Source of the DNA: Vicugna vicugna
Taxonomy: Eukaryota
Direction: 5' to 3'
Length of the DNA stretch: 64,000 bases
NCBI GenBank assembly: GCA_013265495.1
Contig: MU058636.1
Location: 6,049,741 to 6,113,740 of the forward strand
Shown here: positions 63,429-64,000 of the stretch, one piece after another
Layout of the letters: every line of letters starts with the position of its first letter
Position numbering within the stretch: the stretch's first letter is position 1
Program-made: the position numbers and the translations under genes
Notes under the pieces: generated by a model
Databases searched by the model: none
What the model saw: the letters and a program-made list of their open reading frames with translations, nothing else
Told to the model about the DNA's origin: nothing

Positions 63429-63744
63429 AAATAAGTGGATTATAATAGTCTTCTTGTAACTTTTGATCAGTCTTGCTCATCCTTTAAGACTCAAATATGA
63501 AACCCCTCAAAACTCCATAAACTTTCATAATTACAACTGAATTTCTTTGCTACTTGACAGTTATTGTAGTTTAAATTTGAGACATATAATCTTTGCTTAA
63601 ACATTTTATTATATTGGATCTTTATTTTCTCGCCCTCTTCATGGCACTAGGATTCAGGACACCTGAATCCTTTTAAGGCTATTCTACTAAGTAGTTTGAC
63701 CCTTTTCTGTAATATGTTTTTTAACATTCAATGCAAACAGTCTG

Positions 63745-63960
63745 ATGTAGTAGATTCTGGAATTAGACTGACCTGGGTTTTAAACCTTGGTTGTAGCCCT
63801 TACTGGCTGTGTGACTTTAGGCAAATAATTTGAGATTTCTGGGCTTCAGATTCCCTGGCTGAAAATCAAAATAATAATATGCACTTTAAAGGCTAGTTTT
63901 ACAAATTAAAAGAGCTTCGCTATACAGCTAGTAAAAATACTGCTACTTCAATAAATACTA
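63745..63960 (+). mobile_element. MIR
   Basis: ttctggaattagactgacctgggtttt...cttactggctgtgtgactttaggcaaat. Confidence 0.8.
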
Positions 63961-64000
63961 GTTTGCTCTCTTCTCTCTCCCATGCCTCAGTCACATGAAG

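Noticed and set aside
1..64000. Prokaryotic systems (CRISPR array, operon, defence island, prophage)
   Set aside because: No gene-dense ORFs or repeat-spacer arrays; the DNA is CpG-depleted and full of mammalian SINE, LINE and LTR fragments

Overview
This is mammalian nuclear DNA, not a prokaryotic locus. Two tRNA-derived SINEs with the camelid Vic-1 layout point to a camelid (alpaca, llama or camel); this is inferred from recalled repeat consensus and no search was run. The window is AT-rich intronic/intergenic sequence. It opens at the 3' edge of a CpG-rich probable first exon (CAG|GTGAGC at 24/25) and has a second CpG-rich promoter-like patch at about 27.8-29.0 kb. A large part is decayed transposable elements: a fossil ERV-L gag-pro-pol with nested insertions, ERV1, ERVL and MaLR solo LTRs, L1 and L2 fragments, MIRs, and hAT and Tigger DNA transposons. 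I could not identify any protein-coding gene; most listed ORFs are chance frames or lie inside repeats. I found no CRISPR, operon or other novel system. The best leads are a cluster of minus-strand exon-like segments (3.3-14.8 kb), a plus-strand candidate exon at 54.9 kb, a SINE carrying extra sequence inside its target-site duplication (TSD), and two nested TE stacks. Repeat family names come from memory of consensus sequences, and boundaries without a stated TSD are approximate.
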